Below are positions 13,086 through 26,067 of a DNA stretch of 64,000 nt, piece by piece. The position numbers and the translations under genes are program-made. Position 1 is the first letter of the stretch. Every line of letters starts with the position of its first letter. The notes beneath the pieces are model-generated. The model searched no databases, was not told the DNA's origin, and saw nothing but the letters and a program-made list of their open reading frames with translations. The stretch spans positions 31,744,001-31,808,000 of the forward strand of contig OX597814.1 of assembly GCA_951406725.2 (NCBI GenBank), read 5' to 3'. The stretch is from Octopus vulgaris. Lineage: Eukaryota.

Positions 13086-13300
13086 AGGCGGTGAGATGGC
13101 AGAATTGCTAGCACGCTGGGTAAAATGCTTTGCGGCATTTCGTTCACCTTCACATTCTGAGTCCAAATTCCGTCGAAGTCAATTTTGCCTTCCATCTTTC
13201 TGGGGGTCGATAAAATAAGTACTATTTGAGCATTGGGGTCGATGTAATCGACCTAACTCCTCTTTCGAGCTTGCCGGTTTTGTGCCAAAGTTTGAAATCA
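13086..13300 (+). mobile_element. SINE family B variant, diverged
   Basis: GGCGGTGAGATGGCAGAA head, TTTGCCTTCCATCTTTCTGGGGGTCGATAAAATAAGTAC and GGGGTCGATGTAATCGAC. Confidence 0.8.
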
Positions 13301-13304
13301 ATAT

Positions 13305-13600
13305 CCCTGTTAATTTATAATATTTTATATCCTTCAGCTTACATATCTGATGTGGAGAGTGGCCTAAAATTCCAGAAGGACAAAAGCAATACCTTCCGGA
13401 CAAACACAACTTAGAAACGTCGACTATGTAGCAATAATAGGGAGGCTTAGAAATTGCAGGTTGGTGTACGGCATGCTGTAAGACCACTAGCAGAGATGTA
13501 GCCGAAGCTTTTGTTACATCATGCCTATAGGAAAAGGTACGAATGTGTCCAGAACTCTGAGTGCATTACTTTTTACAGCAGAAACAGCTGTAAGCTAATG
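13305..13600 (+). mobile_element. highly decayed Penelope-like GIY-YIG 3' remnant
   Basis: IYNILYP...VESGLKFQK resembles VY.I.C...YIGESGR...KR, and is followed by a hammerhead-like motif at 13555-13594. Confidence 0.4.
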
Positions 13601-13860
13601 AAATTTCTTAAGTGAATCCATTTCCTTTGTCATTCATTAAGTGATATATATGTGTATATATAATTAGGATAAAATCATTATTTAATGTTTTATCAGTGGC
13701 CAGCACACTAAGAATACCACAATGGCTAATTTACATTAAAATTATAAGGGTGATGAATGATTACAACACCAGTCTGCTAGAAATAGACCCCGTGTACATT
13801 ATTTTGTGCGTATGACGGTATGCGTAATGTATTTTTCATTTCTTTAAGTTTCGGTATGTT

Positions 13861-13922
13861 TCCACTGATGATCGGAAAGTGTTTTTAATAAAACTCAAAC
13901 CGTGAAATCTAAAGATTTTGGA
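13861..13922 (+). ncRNA. hammerhead ribozyme-like motif, degenerate
   Basis: TCCA-CTGATGA-TCGG...CCGT-GAAA-TCTAAAGA-TTT-TGGA. Core boxes intact, stem I TCCA/TGGA, stem III palindromic, one extra T at the cleavage site. Confidence 0.45.
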
Positions 13923-14110
13923 CTATCCAAATTATTTTATAAATCCTCGCTGTCTATTTTCCTCGTTTACAACCTTGTGTAGTGGAGTAATAATCTAAGT
14001 GGTTCATAGACCATTTGGAGTCTATTTCTAGCAGACTGGTGATGTAATCATTCAGCACCTTATTTATAATTTTAATATAAATTAACCATATATGTGTGTA
14101 TATATACATA

Positions 14111-14180
<70 letters not shown>

Positions 14181-14832
14181 TGTATGTATGTATGTATGTA
14201 TGTAGATATACGCGTGCGTGCGTGTGTGTGTGTTTGTGTGCGTCTTTAATATTTTGTAACCTACATCTTCGATCCTCTTATCAATGGTATTCACTGAATA
14301 TTCTTTGATATTAATCATTCTGTGACATCTAAATTTTATAATTCGACTTTTACTTATAACTCAGCTTATGGACCGAGATTATATTAGTTACCATTTTCCC
14401 TAATTCTCCGTGTCTTTCTTTTATTTCCTCTTTTCCTCTTTTACTTTCACAGAATTCTTTTTCTGATTTTTTTTTTTTCCTTTTGCAGAACATCACTATC
14501 ATTTCACATTAAATTACTCTCCTCTATCAAGCCAAACATATTTCTATCTTCGTTTTTCTCAATTCTTCTTATATCATTCGCCACATATCCCCTTTTCAGA
14601 ATGCCAGCATGGAAGTCTGTCTCAACGTTTTGGAGGTGTTCTAGCCCATTAGGAACATCCGCATTTAGCTTATGTCAACTTGGCAATATTGACTGCAGGG
14701 ATTTTCAGCAAGAACGAAAGAAGAAAGAATCTGCAATTAACAACGGGGCCCCGTAGCATACACTAAGATGTTGTATTCTGACTGCCTTTAGTGGATTTTT
14801 TCCCCTTTTGATTGTTATCATCACCGTCGTAC

Positions 14833-14869
<37 letters not shown>

Positions 14870-15607
14870 AATTATCATCATTATTGTCATTATTATCATC
14901 ATGGTCGTAGTCGTCCTCGTCATCATCTGCGACAGCAGGACCAGCAGCAGCAGTAGCATTCCTTACATCAATCTTCCCTTTCCAGTACGTTTACACTTGG
15001 CTCATTTAGACTTCCTTAGAAAAGTTGACCCAACTAATGCTCCCCTCACTGTACCCTTGCTATGTACATGGCGCCAGTGTGGATATATCTAAAGGCATAT
15101 TTGACATGTCATGCCAGCTGTGGGTTGTTCGCTCAATCTATTTAAAGTACATCGGTTGTCTCTTCCTGCCTTTAGAGAAAATGCGAGAAAAAAAGAGAGA
15201 TAGGGAGGTAACATGAGGGAGTGAAATACGACGTCAGTAGAAGACAAAGAAGGAGGAAATCTGAGAATAAAATGCAACTTGAATGGATGTATCCATTATA
15301 CATTTTGCCGAGCTGCTTATGAGCACAAAATACTGCTAATATACCGGACGCAGCGTATTAACAGATATTCGTAGTCCAAGCCGATTTTTGTAGTGCATAT
15401 ATTTTCACTGAATATGTGTGTGTAAGTGTGTGTATGTATGTGTTTGTGTGTGTGTGTGTGTGAGTTTGTGTATGCATATACGTGTACATTTACATTATGT
15501 ATACCTATATCTATATCTATATATAATAGAAATATTAAAATCACTAAGTCTCTCTAAAGGAGATTACGGCAGCATTACTGGATATTAATACATACATACA
15601 TACATAC

Positions 15608-15672
<65 letters not shown>

Positions 15673-15762
15673 CATGTATGTATGTATGTATGTATGTATA
15701 TATATATATGTATGTATGCATGTATGTATATATATACGTATGTATGTATATATATACGTATG

Positions 15763-15808
<46 letters not shown>

Positions 15809-15890
15809 ATTATTAAACAGGACGTCAAACATTAAGGCAAAGCAAACATCTCAAGTCATATACAATATTATTATAGGAAGAAATTCAAAA

Positions 15891-15944
15891 TCTTACGCCT
15901 GTTTCTGGGATATCCCTGAGTATGGGATATTCCAACAACAGAGA
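15891..15944 (-). ncRNA. PLE-associated type I hammerhead-like motif with mutated core
   Basis: Minus strand reads TCT-CTGTTGT-TGGAATATCCC-ATACTCA-GGGATATCCCA-GAAA-CAGGCG-TA-AGA; stem II has 10 of 11 pairs. Confidence 0.6.
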
Positions 15945-16341
15945 CAAATGGGGGGGGGTATGGAAGATGAGAATGATATGTATAAAAAAGATGCCAACAT
16001 AGAGGAAGGGAGTAAAAGAATAAGGAGATGGAAAGGGAGAAGAAAAAAAAGCATAAATGTTCATAGCTGAACTTTCTGATGTTCTAGAAACCAATCCTGC
16101 GTAGAACCATGAGCGTAAGTCTTCAAGATACAATCCTGCGTATATCCATGTTGGTTAAAGTTTTGATGTAGTCGACATCCCAAGCAAAAGACGTGACCAT
16201 ATCAACGTTCAGTGACAGAATGGTTGCGGAGGTGGCAATTAATTGGTAAAAGTAAAGAAAAGAAAAGAAATAGGAAGAGAGGTAAATAGAGTGAGGTAGG
16301 AGGGATTTTAAGGATTGGCTATAGAATAAATTAAGGTGCAT

Positions 16342-16726
16342 GTGGAAGCACTCCGTCGGTTACGACGACGAGGGTTCCGGTTGATCCGATCAACGGAACA
16401 GCCTGCTCGTGAAATTAACGTGTAAGTGGCTGAGCATTCCACAGACACGTGTACCCTTAACGTAGTTCTCGGGGATATTCAGCGTGACACAGAGAGTGAC
16501 AAGGCCGGCCCTTTGAAATACAGGTACAACAGAAACAGGAAGTAAGAGTGAGAGAAAGTTGTGGTGAAAGGGTACAGCAGGGATCACCACCATCCTTTGC
16601 CGGAGCTTCGTGGAGCTTTAGATGTATTCGCTCAATAAACACTCACAACGCCCGGTCTGGGAATCGAAACCACGATCCTACGACCGCAAGTCCGCTGCCC
16701 TAACCACTGGGCCATTGCGTCTCCAC
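16342..16726 (-). mobile_element. SINE family C (tRNA-derived head), full length
   Basis: Head TGGCCCAGTGGTTAGGGCAGCGGACT...GGTTTCGATTCCC with A/B boxes. 12-bp TSD ATTAAGGTGCAT at 16330-16341 and 16727-16738. Confidence 0.93.
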
Positions 16727-17725
16727 ATTAAGGTGCATATGTGTATGGTGTCTAAGAATTGTGCGGTAGTAATTGTTTGTGTCCGTCCTGCCTAAGGTCA
16801 GTGGCTTTAGAGTTATTTTTAGCAATGGGGCTGTGTGTGAGTAGGTAGTCGCGAATGGAAGAGCTAGTTAAATGTTAAATTATTTACGAGTGGGAGTTAG
16901 AGTTAGGGGTTTATAGTAAGGGATTTATTTGGTTAAGGTTAAAAATAGATTAAGGATAAATTAAAGAATTAATATAGTGTGATGAAGTGCGGTAGATAGA
17001 TATGAGGTAAGGCATAAGGTAGAAATAAGAGTTATAGCAATATAGAAGGGGTATGTGTTAATGATCATAGGGGTTTATATGTGAGTGGGGGGGGGGTGAG
17101 CTGACATTTAAATTTATGAAAGAATTTAAAAGTGCGGAAGAATTTGTACTTACACGTAGTGACGGCCTCCGTATTTATTAAGCAATTGTGGTGAGTTGAG
17201 GGTTAGAATTTTGAGAGCTTCATTTAAGCTAGAGTGTTGGCCCTGATATGGGGTATCCGAGTCTATTATAGCCCAGGGAAGTTTATACTGTATTTTTCTA
17301 TTAATTAGATGGTGTGTGCGGCTGGCTAGTGATGTGGAATTGCTATTCTCCTTATATTTAAACGAGTTTAAATGTGCGTAATACCTTTGTTTATAATTGA
17401 TGCTAGAATTAATGTAGTAGATAGAGGAGTTATTTCTCATGTTGGGAACAGTGCACCGGTATACGATGTTGAATCTTCTGCATTGGGCTTGCAGCGGGCA
17501 ATCTGTTCCGGGCCTGCAGTTGCAGATACCGGTTCTACAGTGCTTAATTGGAGAAATGGATGAGATGGTGATGGTAGTGGCTGTGATGGTAATAGATATA
17601 TCGTTGCTGTCGTTTCTAGTATCAATATCAGTGCGAGCGTTACCATTGTTATTATTCTCGTCCTTATCATTATCATTATCGGCTGTTGTAATTACTATTA
17701 TCATCATCATTATTATTATCATTAT

Positions 17726-17797
<72 letters not shown>
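17726..17797. repeat. (AGT)n microsatellite within the PLE linker
   Basis: Directly visible. Confidence 0.95.
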
Positions 17798-17807
<10 letters not shown>

Positions 17808-18319
17808 GCTAGTAGTAGTTGTAGTAGCAGTAGTAGCAATAGTATTGGTAGTATTACTAATAAAAGTAGTAGCAGCAGCGGCAGTGGTTGCAGTAGCATG
17901 ATCATCGATAGTAGTGTCAGTATTAGCGGTAGTAGAGGAGGTGGTATTAGTGATGTTATCATTACGGCTATAAATAGTTGCGTTAGTGGTGGGAGTGTTA
18001 ATTATAGTACAGTTTTCAGTAATGGTGTTAGTATTAATATTATGACTATTCCTATTAGTAGTTGAAGTACATGTATTATTAGTTGTAGTGGTTATAATGT
18101 AATTAGTATTGTTAGTATCAGTGTGCCTATTAGTGTTTGCGTCGGTTTCAGGTGTGCGCCCATTACCCTCAGAGGTGCGGATTATATTATGTATGTTTAA
18201 TTTGCTGAAATTGGTCTGGCCATAGGTGTTAGATATGTTATTGTGATCGGTGTTAGTGTTTTCATTGTGTAGGTCTATGGTAGGGTTGTAGATAGTAGGA
18301 GCTAAGTTTACGTTTATTA

Positions 18320-19585
18320 TCAGGTCATCCCATAAGTTCTGTCCCAATTTTGAATAAAGAAAACAAGTGATCAAATGTTATATTTAATTGAAATTTAATC
18401 ATCACTGTACTTTCCCTGATTATCTATGACTTCCTTCCATTTATTTACAAGCTTTTTAATCCCATCAATGTAAAACTCATTTGGTTTCAAAAAGAACTCT
18501 GAAATGTCAGTTTCGACCTCCTCCTGGTTTGCGAAAGTTATGTCCCCTAAATTATTCTGTAAACTACAAAACAAACGGTAGACTGAAGGAGCAAGGTCGG
18601 GAGAGTAAGGTGGAAAGGACTTTTTTCCCCAACCAAGCTCTTCGATCTTCTGTGATGTGATCTTTGCAGTGTGGGGTCACGCATTGTCCTGATGAAACAT
18701 CACTCCTTTTCGATTCCCTAAAGCGGGTCTTTTTTTCTTCAAAGCTTGGTTCAAAAGCTCTAATTGTTGAGAGTAGACTTAAGCATTGATTGTGGTATTA
18801 GGTGGTAACAATTCAAAATGAATTACTCCTTTGCAATTCCACCAAATAGGGAGAAGTGACTTTTTCCCATGAAGTTCCCTTCTTGGTTGTGGTTGAGCTT
18901 TTACCATGCCACTGCTTACGAAGGTTAACATTTCGATAGAAGATCCATTTTTCGTCACCAGTCACAAGTCTATCCAAAAAGGATGAAATGAGTTCGCGAG
19001 AATGGAAAGAAGAGTAGCTGTCAACTTGGGTTTTTGCGGTTGCATTCGAACAATTGATGAGGTACACATTTTCCAAGTTTAAGAACCTTTCCAAGTTGTC
19101 GAAGATGACGATGAACAGTTGTATGGCTTGAACTAAGCTGTATCGCCTATTCTTCAACTGATAATGCAGGATTTTCTTCAAGTAATGCCTCAAGGAGCTT
19201 ATCAGCAAACTCAACAGAACGTCCTGTTTGATCATCATCTTCAGGGCTGAAATCTCCACTTTTGAATTTTGAAAACCACCTTCTGCAAGTTTTTTCATTC
19301 AAGCATTCTTTCCCATAAACTGAGTGTGTGTTTCGAGTCGCTTCGGCTGCAGAGTTTCCTTTTGTGTACTCATAAATCATTATGTGCCTTAAATGCTCTT
19401 TGGATACTTCCGTGTTAGAAAGGGTTTTAATTAAAGAAATTTTAATTCTACTATTCTGTAAAATAATATTTAATTAGTTGAAATGTACACAAATGCATAA
19501 AAATTTTTTTTTTTATTCCATTAGACATTCTAAAATATTATTAAACTGCATTCAGTTTTAAATAAGGTAAAATCGGACAGAACTT
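18320..19585 (-). mobile_element. mariner (DD34D) transposon, decayed
   Basis: YEYTKGNSAAEA, CRRWFSKFKSG, LVTGDEKW, HQDNA and PYSPDLAPS. TIR TCAGGTCATCCCATAAGTTCTGTCC after TA at 18318-18319; partial opposite TIR AAAATCGGACAGAACTT. Confidence 0.92.
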
Positions 19586-19589
19586 TTCT

Positions 19590-19905
19590 ATTGCCTTACA
19601 TTCTTCATTTTATTTTCTAGTCTCCTTTTTCCCCTTTTGCACTTTTTCAATATTTTCATGTGAGATATCTATTTTCCAAGTGACTACTGCCCCTCCTGCA
19701 TAGATCAGTATGTTAGTGTCTCCTACATTTTTAGTATTTATCCTATTGATAACAGAATCTACTTTCCTAGTCATTTCTAGCATCTTCCTTCTGTTGATGT
19801 CTTGTAATGCTAGCAGTATTTTTCTTACTCCTTTATTCGTTACTTCCTACAACTCATCTAAAATTTTCTGTTCTTCTTTAAATCACTTAAGTCGCTGCCA
19901 CTCTG
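19590..19905 (-). mobile_element. R4/Dong-clade non-LTR N-terminal fragment
   Basis: Minus strand gives KVDSVINRINTKNVGDTNILIYAGGAVVT...KRRLENKMK, typical of the pre-RT region of R4/Dong ORFs. Confidence 0.65.
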
Positions 19906-19971
<66 letters not shown>

Positions 19972-20301
19972 GAGTGGGAGAGCAGTTCATGCCATCAAAG
20001 TGACACTGGGGTAAAATATACGAAGCCCAATATACCCATCATGAGTACCCGTCTGATAAGGGTACACAAGGCACATGCATCACAACCATATGTGCGCGAC
20101 ATGATGATCTCATATCAAGATAAACAGCGCATGACCTTGCAGGTGGGGGCCCAGTTAGAATTTTCTTCAGGTTGAGTAGACCATCCCGCTCAAAAGGTCC
20201 CTGAATAAGGGTTGTTTAAGGATGTTGAAAAAACCACCCATGTTTCCAGAGGTGAACTATTCAAACCCCAAAGAATCCCTCTCAACACATGGCTATGATG
20301 C
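19972..20301. mobile_element. ~330-bp non-coding segment embedded in (TTA)n
   Basis: Higher-GC unique segment flanked on both sides by long (TTA)n arrays (19906-19971 and 20302-20380). Confidence 0.5.
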
Positions 20302-20369
<68 letters not shown>

Positions 20370-20865
20370 ATTATTATTATATTTTTTGTCTGTGTTTACG
20401 ATCTTTTATTTTCTACATTTTTAGTAATATATCTCTTTTATTTTATTGAAATAATAATGCCTAGTAGTTATTATTTAATCATATTACTAAAATTCCCTTT
20501 CATTTATTAGAAAATCCTCTTATTAATTTATAGCAATTTTATTATTATATTCCGTAATCTTTTAAAATGTAGACTTTGTATTGCTGTAACATTAGGTCGA
20601 GAATGTACTATTTAACAAAAACTTTCTTTCAACTGATGACGTAGCTTAAATTCTGCATCATTTTCAAGGGTTCTTTTTCGCAGTTTGCATTAACGTAGGC
20701 ATGTAATTAATTTATTCATTATTAAATATAATAATATAAATTATTTACATGTCTTTAAGTTACGAAACGATTTGTTGTGGAATTAGAATGTTCTTCGTGT
20801 TGAATAAAACTCATCAAAATATTTCTCCACCATTTATGACTTTATATGTTTACGTGTGTGTGTGT

Positions 20866-20913
<48 letters not shown>

Positions 20914-21699
20914 ATTTATAATAAAATTAATTTACAATAAAAATACCTGCTTTCTCAGAATCGAGGATGAATTGAAAATCTCAACAGTGACACGTTTATG
21001 AAATATCCAATATCCTCTTTTGACTGGTACAACGTCATTATACTATGCCATTATTGGCAAATGTCTGGAGTTCTATGTTGTGATAGTATTTACGGTCATC
21101 AATTATCGATTGATTTTTCATAAACACATACACATATGTAAATAAGCTGTAATACAGCATCATGTAACTTTGTTCGTAACTTTTATATTATAAACCATTT
21201 GATATTGTAATTCCATTGAGATAGAGTCAAGAAAAGACCTGCGACTGCAAGCGTTCCATTCTTCTTTTGTCCTTTTGTTTCAGCCATAGCTTAGATGTGT
21301 AAATTATCTAATTTTTATCATATATTTCAAAGAAGGTAATATGAGTTTTAGTCAAAATTTCCAGTAGCTCTTATGATAGCTTTGAAAGTCTTCTCTTCGA
21401 CTTACATTTCTAGAAACTTTAATTGAACCATCGTTTGATACGTTTATTAAAGAAAAAAGGTGATTAGTAATTTTAACTAACGGCTAGAGTAATTGGGTTG
21501 CTACATGTTTATGTGTTTGCGTATGCAGGTGTTCCATGATGTCTGGCAAATTTTGGATATCTAAATCTTTTTCCCCTTGATATTTAAACAAAAAATTATG
21601 GTTTACTAACGTCCATTGCATACAAAACAGCTCAATATTAAATGTGTTTTTCGCGGAATCTACCGCAAGCTGGAAATCGCAATAACAAAATCATATATT

Positions 21700-22200
21700 G
21701 ATATCACTGCATCTTGATTTTTCTAGTTATACATTTGCCATACAATTATTGACTCAGTCAAGTTTGAGAAAGTCAAGGGTGCCCCCCCTCCTCAAATGTT
21801 ACAAAAATTAGTGAAATGTTACATTCATCTGTAGATGTTCCTATTTAGTTGATTGGCTTTGTCTTCATTCAGGCAAAGCATGTTATGTAAACTGGTTTGA
21901 GAGAGTTACCCCCACTCAACCTCTGGCCAAATGATAACCATCGTTCCTGTATAATTTAAATGGAGTAGGATGTCTTCAGCTGCTATGCTCCTTTCTGAAA
22001 TTTGCTTGATAAGAATGTTGTCTTCGAAACATCTGCGAATTGCTCCAGGGTAATATTTATTATGTTTGGTTAAAGACTCTAAAATCAAAATGTTTTCCAC
22101 GTGCTTAGTTCTCCTTTCTCAAGATACTTTCAAATACAGCAAAAGCGCATAAATTTCTCCTCCCAGAACTGGAGTGATTTTATCTGAACTCTTCTGAAAA
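21700..22200 (-). mobile_element. possible very old Tc1/mariner-superfamily transposase remnant
   Basis: VENI..LESL...PGAIRR...AEDILLHLNY and STDEC loosely resemble the HTH region and first catalytic D motif. Confidence 0.3.
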
Positions 22201-22564
22201 TTAACTAGTTTATATAATCTTTCCATGCTTCAATATACATGTTCAATAGAAAAGTGTTGGATTGGTATGAATTTTAGCGAAATGTGCTTTAGGTAATTTC
22301 TTCGATTTCTCAAAGTTCTGAGATCAAATCCCACCTTGGTCTACTTTATAGCTCGATAAAATAAGATAGCACTCAAGAACCAAGGGTCAGTTGTATCGAC
22401 TAACTCTTTCCCTTCGAAAATGCATGCCTTGTACTTTATTGTAAAGTATGGCCAGTAAAATATTTATTTATTATAGAAGAGTGTAGTGTCGAATTTTACA
22501 CGAGTAAAAAATAACAAAATAGTTGTAGTCCACTGATTTATTAAATGATGTTCCTCAAGGAGGG

Positions 22565-23120
22565 TCATTCGAAGTTCTCTATCTTCAGTCACGAACCAGA
22601 TTATCCTCGCAATTTCGGCTGATTATACTTGAGATTGCTCCAATCTGGCCAGGCCCCAACATCTGGTGTAGAACCTCCTCCCACTCTTTAACCCTCCATC
22701 CTACTTAGTCAAAGAAGCTTAAAGCTTCATTTCCACACGCGCCAGCTTCATTTAATTCGTCCTTAGTCGAAAGACACCTGTTGTTATGTCCTGTTATTAT
22801 TTTTATTGTATTTTTATTGTATTTATATGTCTGTAACATTGTCTGTTTTTTCCGACTTTGTATTTGTATACATTCGATGCTTTCTTCCAAGGATTCTAAT
22901 ACTCTTAGCTTAGTTTTTTTCTAGGGACTGGCCAGATTGGAGCAATCTCAAGAATAATCAGCCGAAATTGCGAGGATAATCTGGTTCCTGACTGAAGATA
23001 GAAAACTTCGAATGATCTGTCCTTGTTTTCTTTGTATCGTCTATCTGGATGCTGTGTTGTCCCTTTTTGTATCACATAGATGTCCGGATGTTTTGTGTTC
23101 TTGTCCCATTTTGTATTATA
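22565..23120. repeat. 88-bp inverted repeat (22565-22652 / 22928-23015) within a probable PLE-type terminal repeat
   Basis: Arms are 85/88 identical in inverted orientation, with a 275-bp spacer. Confidence 0.85.
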
Positions 23121-23137
23121 TATATATATATATATAA

Positions 23138-23332
23138 AATTTTGGCACAAGGCCAGAAATTTCAAGGGAGAGGAAAACTCGATTACATCGACTCCGTGCT
23201 CAACTGGTACTTATTTTATCGGTCCCGAAAATATGAAAGCCAAAGTCGACAACGACGGAATTTGAGCATAGTGATGGAAAAAATACCGCTAAGCATTTTG
23301 CCCGATGTGCTAACGATACTGCCAGCTCGCCG
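23138..23332 (-). mobile_element. SINE family B variant, diverged
   Basis: TCGATTACATCGAC...CTGGTACTTATTTTATCG...GCCAGCTCGCC. Confidence 0.78.
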
Positions 23333-23963
23333 CATTTCTGTATGTAAATTCTTTAATAAAATTCTTTAGCATTTCTAAAGAATTTACATGGGCATTTCAT
23401 TTTTTTTTCTTGGAAAAATTTTCCTATACTTTATTTTTTCTCCATCAAAATAGTAAATAGATAAATATATTCCGTGACATTTACCTATCAGGTGTATCTG
23501 TGGAGGGACTAAGTTTTAACACCCTTATCATGGTTTGGACTCCCTCAAGGGATACATTAACCTGATATAAAAATCATCGAAGTACTCTTCTATGAAGCAG
23601 CCATTTCTCATCCTTTGACATATAATAATCCAGACGGCAAAATCGAAGATGGAGATCTAACTTAGAGGGAGATCTGTTATAGATTAGGCGCAGAGTCTGA
23701 ATTCAGTAGGTCGATTAACTTGACATTTATTTACATTTTCCCCCGCACAGAGCATATTGTGAAAATATCAGCCAGCATGCCCTTTTTAAAACTTTTAAAT
23801 ACAGTAGATTTTGATCTGAGTAATGTGTGGCTGTTGGTTCAAGCAAGCCATACCACTAGATAGACATAAATTTTATGAAAGTTTTTGGATGACACACTGA
23901 CATGCCTTTCACTATAATTTTGAAATAATTGTGAATTGTCTTTATTCGTTATTATATATTTTT

Positions 23964-24143
23964 AGTCATAGAAGTGGCTGTGTGGTAAGTAGCTTGCTTA
24001 CCAACCACATGGTTCTATGTTCAGTCCCACTGCATGGCACTTTGGGCAAGTGTCTTCTACTCTAGCCTTGGGCCGACCAAAGCCTTGTGAGTGAATTTGA
24101 TAGACGGAAACTGAAAGAAGCCCGTCGTATATATATGTATATG

Positions 24144-24181
<38 letters not shown>

Positions 24182-24377
24182 CGTGTTCCTCCAATATCGC
24201 TTGACAACCGATGCTGGTGTGTTTACATTCCCGTCACTTAGCGGTTCGGCAAAAGTGACCGAGAGAATAAGTTCTACGCTTACAAAGAATAAGTCCTCGG
24301 GTCGATTTGCTCGACTAAAGGCGGTGCTCCAGCATGGCCGCAGTCAAATGACTGAAGCAAGTAAAAGAATAAAAGAG
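23964..24377 (+). mobile_element. SINE family A, full length
   Basis: tRNA-like head (GTGGCTGTGTGGTAAG...GTTCAGTCCC), CORE-like TTGGGCAAGTGTCTT, internal TA/TG microsatellite and the conserved 3' tail. Confidence 0.92.
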
Positions 24378-24829
24378 AGAGAGGGAGAGAGAGAATCACA
24401 TGAAGCAATATTGTATATGATAACTAGAGATATATACATACGATGCCATTTTAAGATAAATCAGATTCAATCTAGAATTGAAACTGGATCGGTAGATTTT
24501 TAACAAATGATTTGCCAGTAGCAGCGTGACATAAAGTCTGTATTGATTTTCCTTCTCACCAGCATTGAATTAATTGTTCATTATACTCTCCAACACGACA
24601 AATCAATTTGTATACGCTCTTATTGTTAATCTCTTTCTCTCTATCCTCCTCTCTCCCCTTGAGTGTGTATGTTTGTGTACATTCATACATACATGCATGC
24701 ATACATTCATACATGCATACACACATACATATGTGTGTGTGTATGTGTGTATGTGTGTATGTATGTAGACGTGTTTATGGTTATATATATATATATATGT
24801 GGATGTATATATGGATATATGGGTGTGTG

Positions 24830-24880
<51 letters not shown>

Positions 24881-25354
24881 TCACACACATGTACATAGAT
24901 ATATGTATATGTAATAGAGCGAATGTAAGTAGATGACGGAATGCATGAAAATGTGTGCGCGTTGTATTTGTGCCCTGCATCTTATAGTTAATTTATAATA
25001 TTCGAAGTGAAGAAAAGTTATAATTTCTGACGGCAGAATTTGCATTAGTCTTGCATTGTTCCTCTATAATAACACAATTTTATGATGGCGAAAATGTTCT
25101 GAAAACAATAGTATATAGAATTATTATTAACACTACATTTAGAATTTCGTAGAATTTTGACATTTATATGAATCTTTCTCTTAAAATATTTAGCGTTGCT
25201 GTGGGGAAGCAAAGCTAAACGTTCTGCGTTTCATTGATAAAGCATACAGCAGAATGAAAATGGTTCACTAAAAATTTAAATCAATATGTTGCCAAACTCA
25301 ATATCATTGAATTCGAAACTGAACGGTTATTATTGTTGTTGTTTTTGTTGTTAC

Positions 25355-25414
<60 letters not shown>

Positions 25415-25734
25415 CATTATTATTATTCGCCTTTTCCAATAACAAACTGAAGTAGGTAAACACTATACAAAAGATTTTGAAACTAATAGTATGAATGTGA
25501 TCATTAGCACAAATAAACGTATCAAAGAGACCCTAGACGAAATTTTAATTAAACATTGAAGAATAGCGAAAGAGTTGCATTGAAATATGTGATAACAGGA
25601 AGAAAGAAAGCAAAAATGGAGAGAAACATTGCCTTTAAGAAAAACAAATTCATACTATATAGAAATATACATATATTTACACTTGCTTGAATGCATACAT
25701 ATTTATATACCCCGACGAATATAGCGGCCTCTCT

Positions 25735-25864
<130 letters not shown>

Positions 25865-26067
25865 GTGTGTCTGTATGTCTGTGTGTTTGTCTATTTATAT
25901 GCGGCACACATGTTTATATGGATGTGCCTATGCATGCATGAATGTATGTGTATATACGTGTGTGTGTATGTGTGTGTGCATATATGAGTGTGGCGTGTGT
26001 GTGTGTGTGTGTGCAAATATGCATAGATATGCATCTTTTATCTTTTATATGCGCCAATTATTAGATT

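Larger units (their letters stand above)
15800..18317 (-). mobile_element. Penelope-like element, 3' part (GIY-YIG endonuclease, low-complexity linker, pLTR), probably Naiad-type
   Basis: CNCRPGTDCPLQAQC..NIVYRCTV...YYINSSINYKQRYYAHLNSF...NSTSLAS...LLNK, then TEAVTTCKYK after a frameshift. Hammerhead-like motif downstream at 15891-15944. Interrupted by SINE C and bounded by a mariner. Confidence 0.82.

Noticed and set aside
16650-16726. tRNA-like heads of SINEs A, B and C as true tRNA genes
   Set aside because: They are fused to SINE bodies with TSDs and lack complete cloverleaf pairing.
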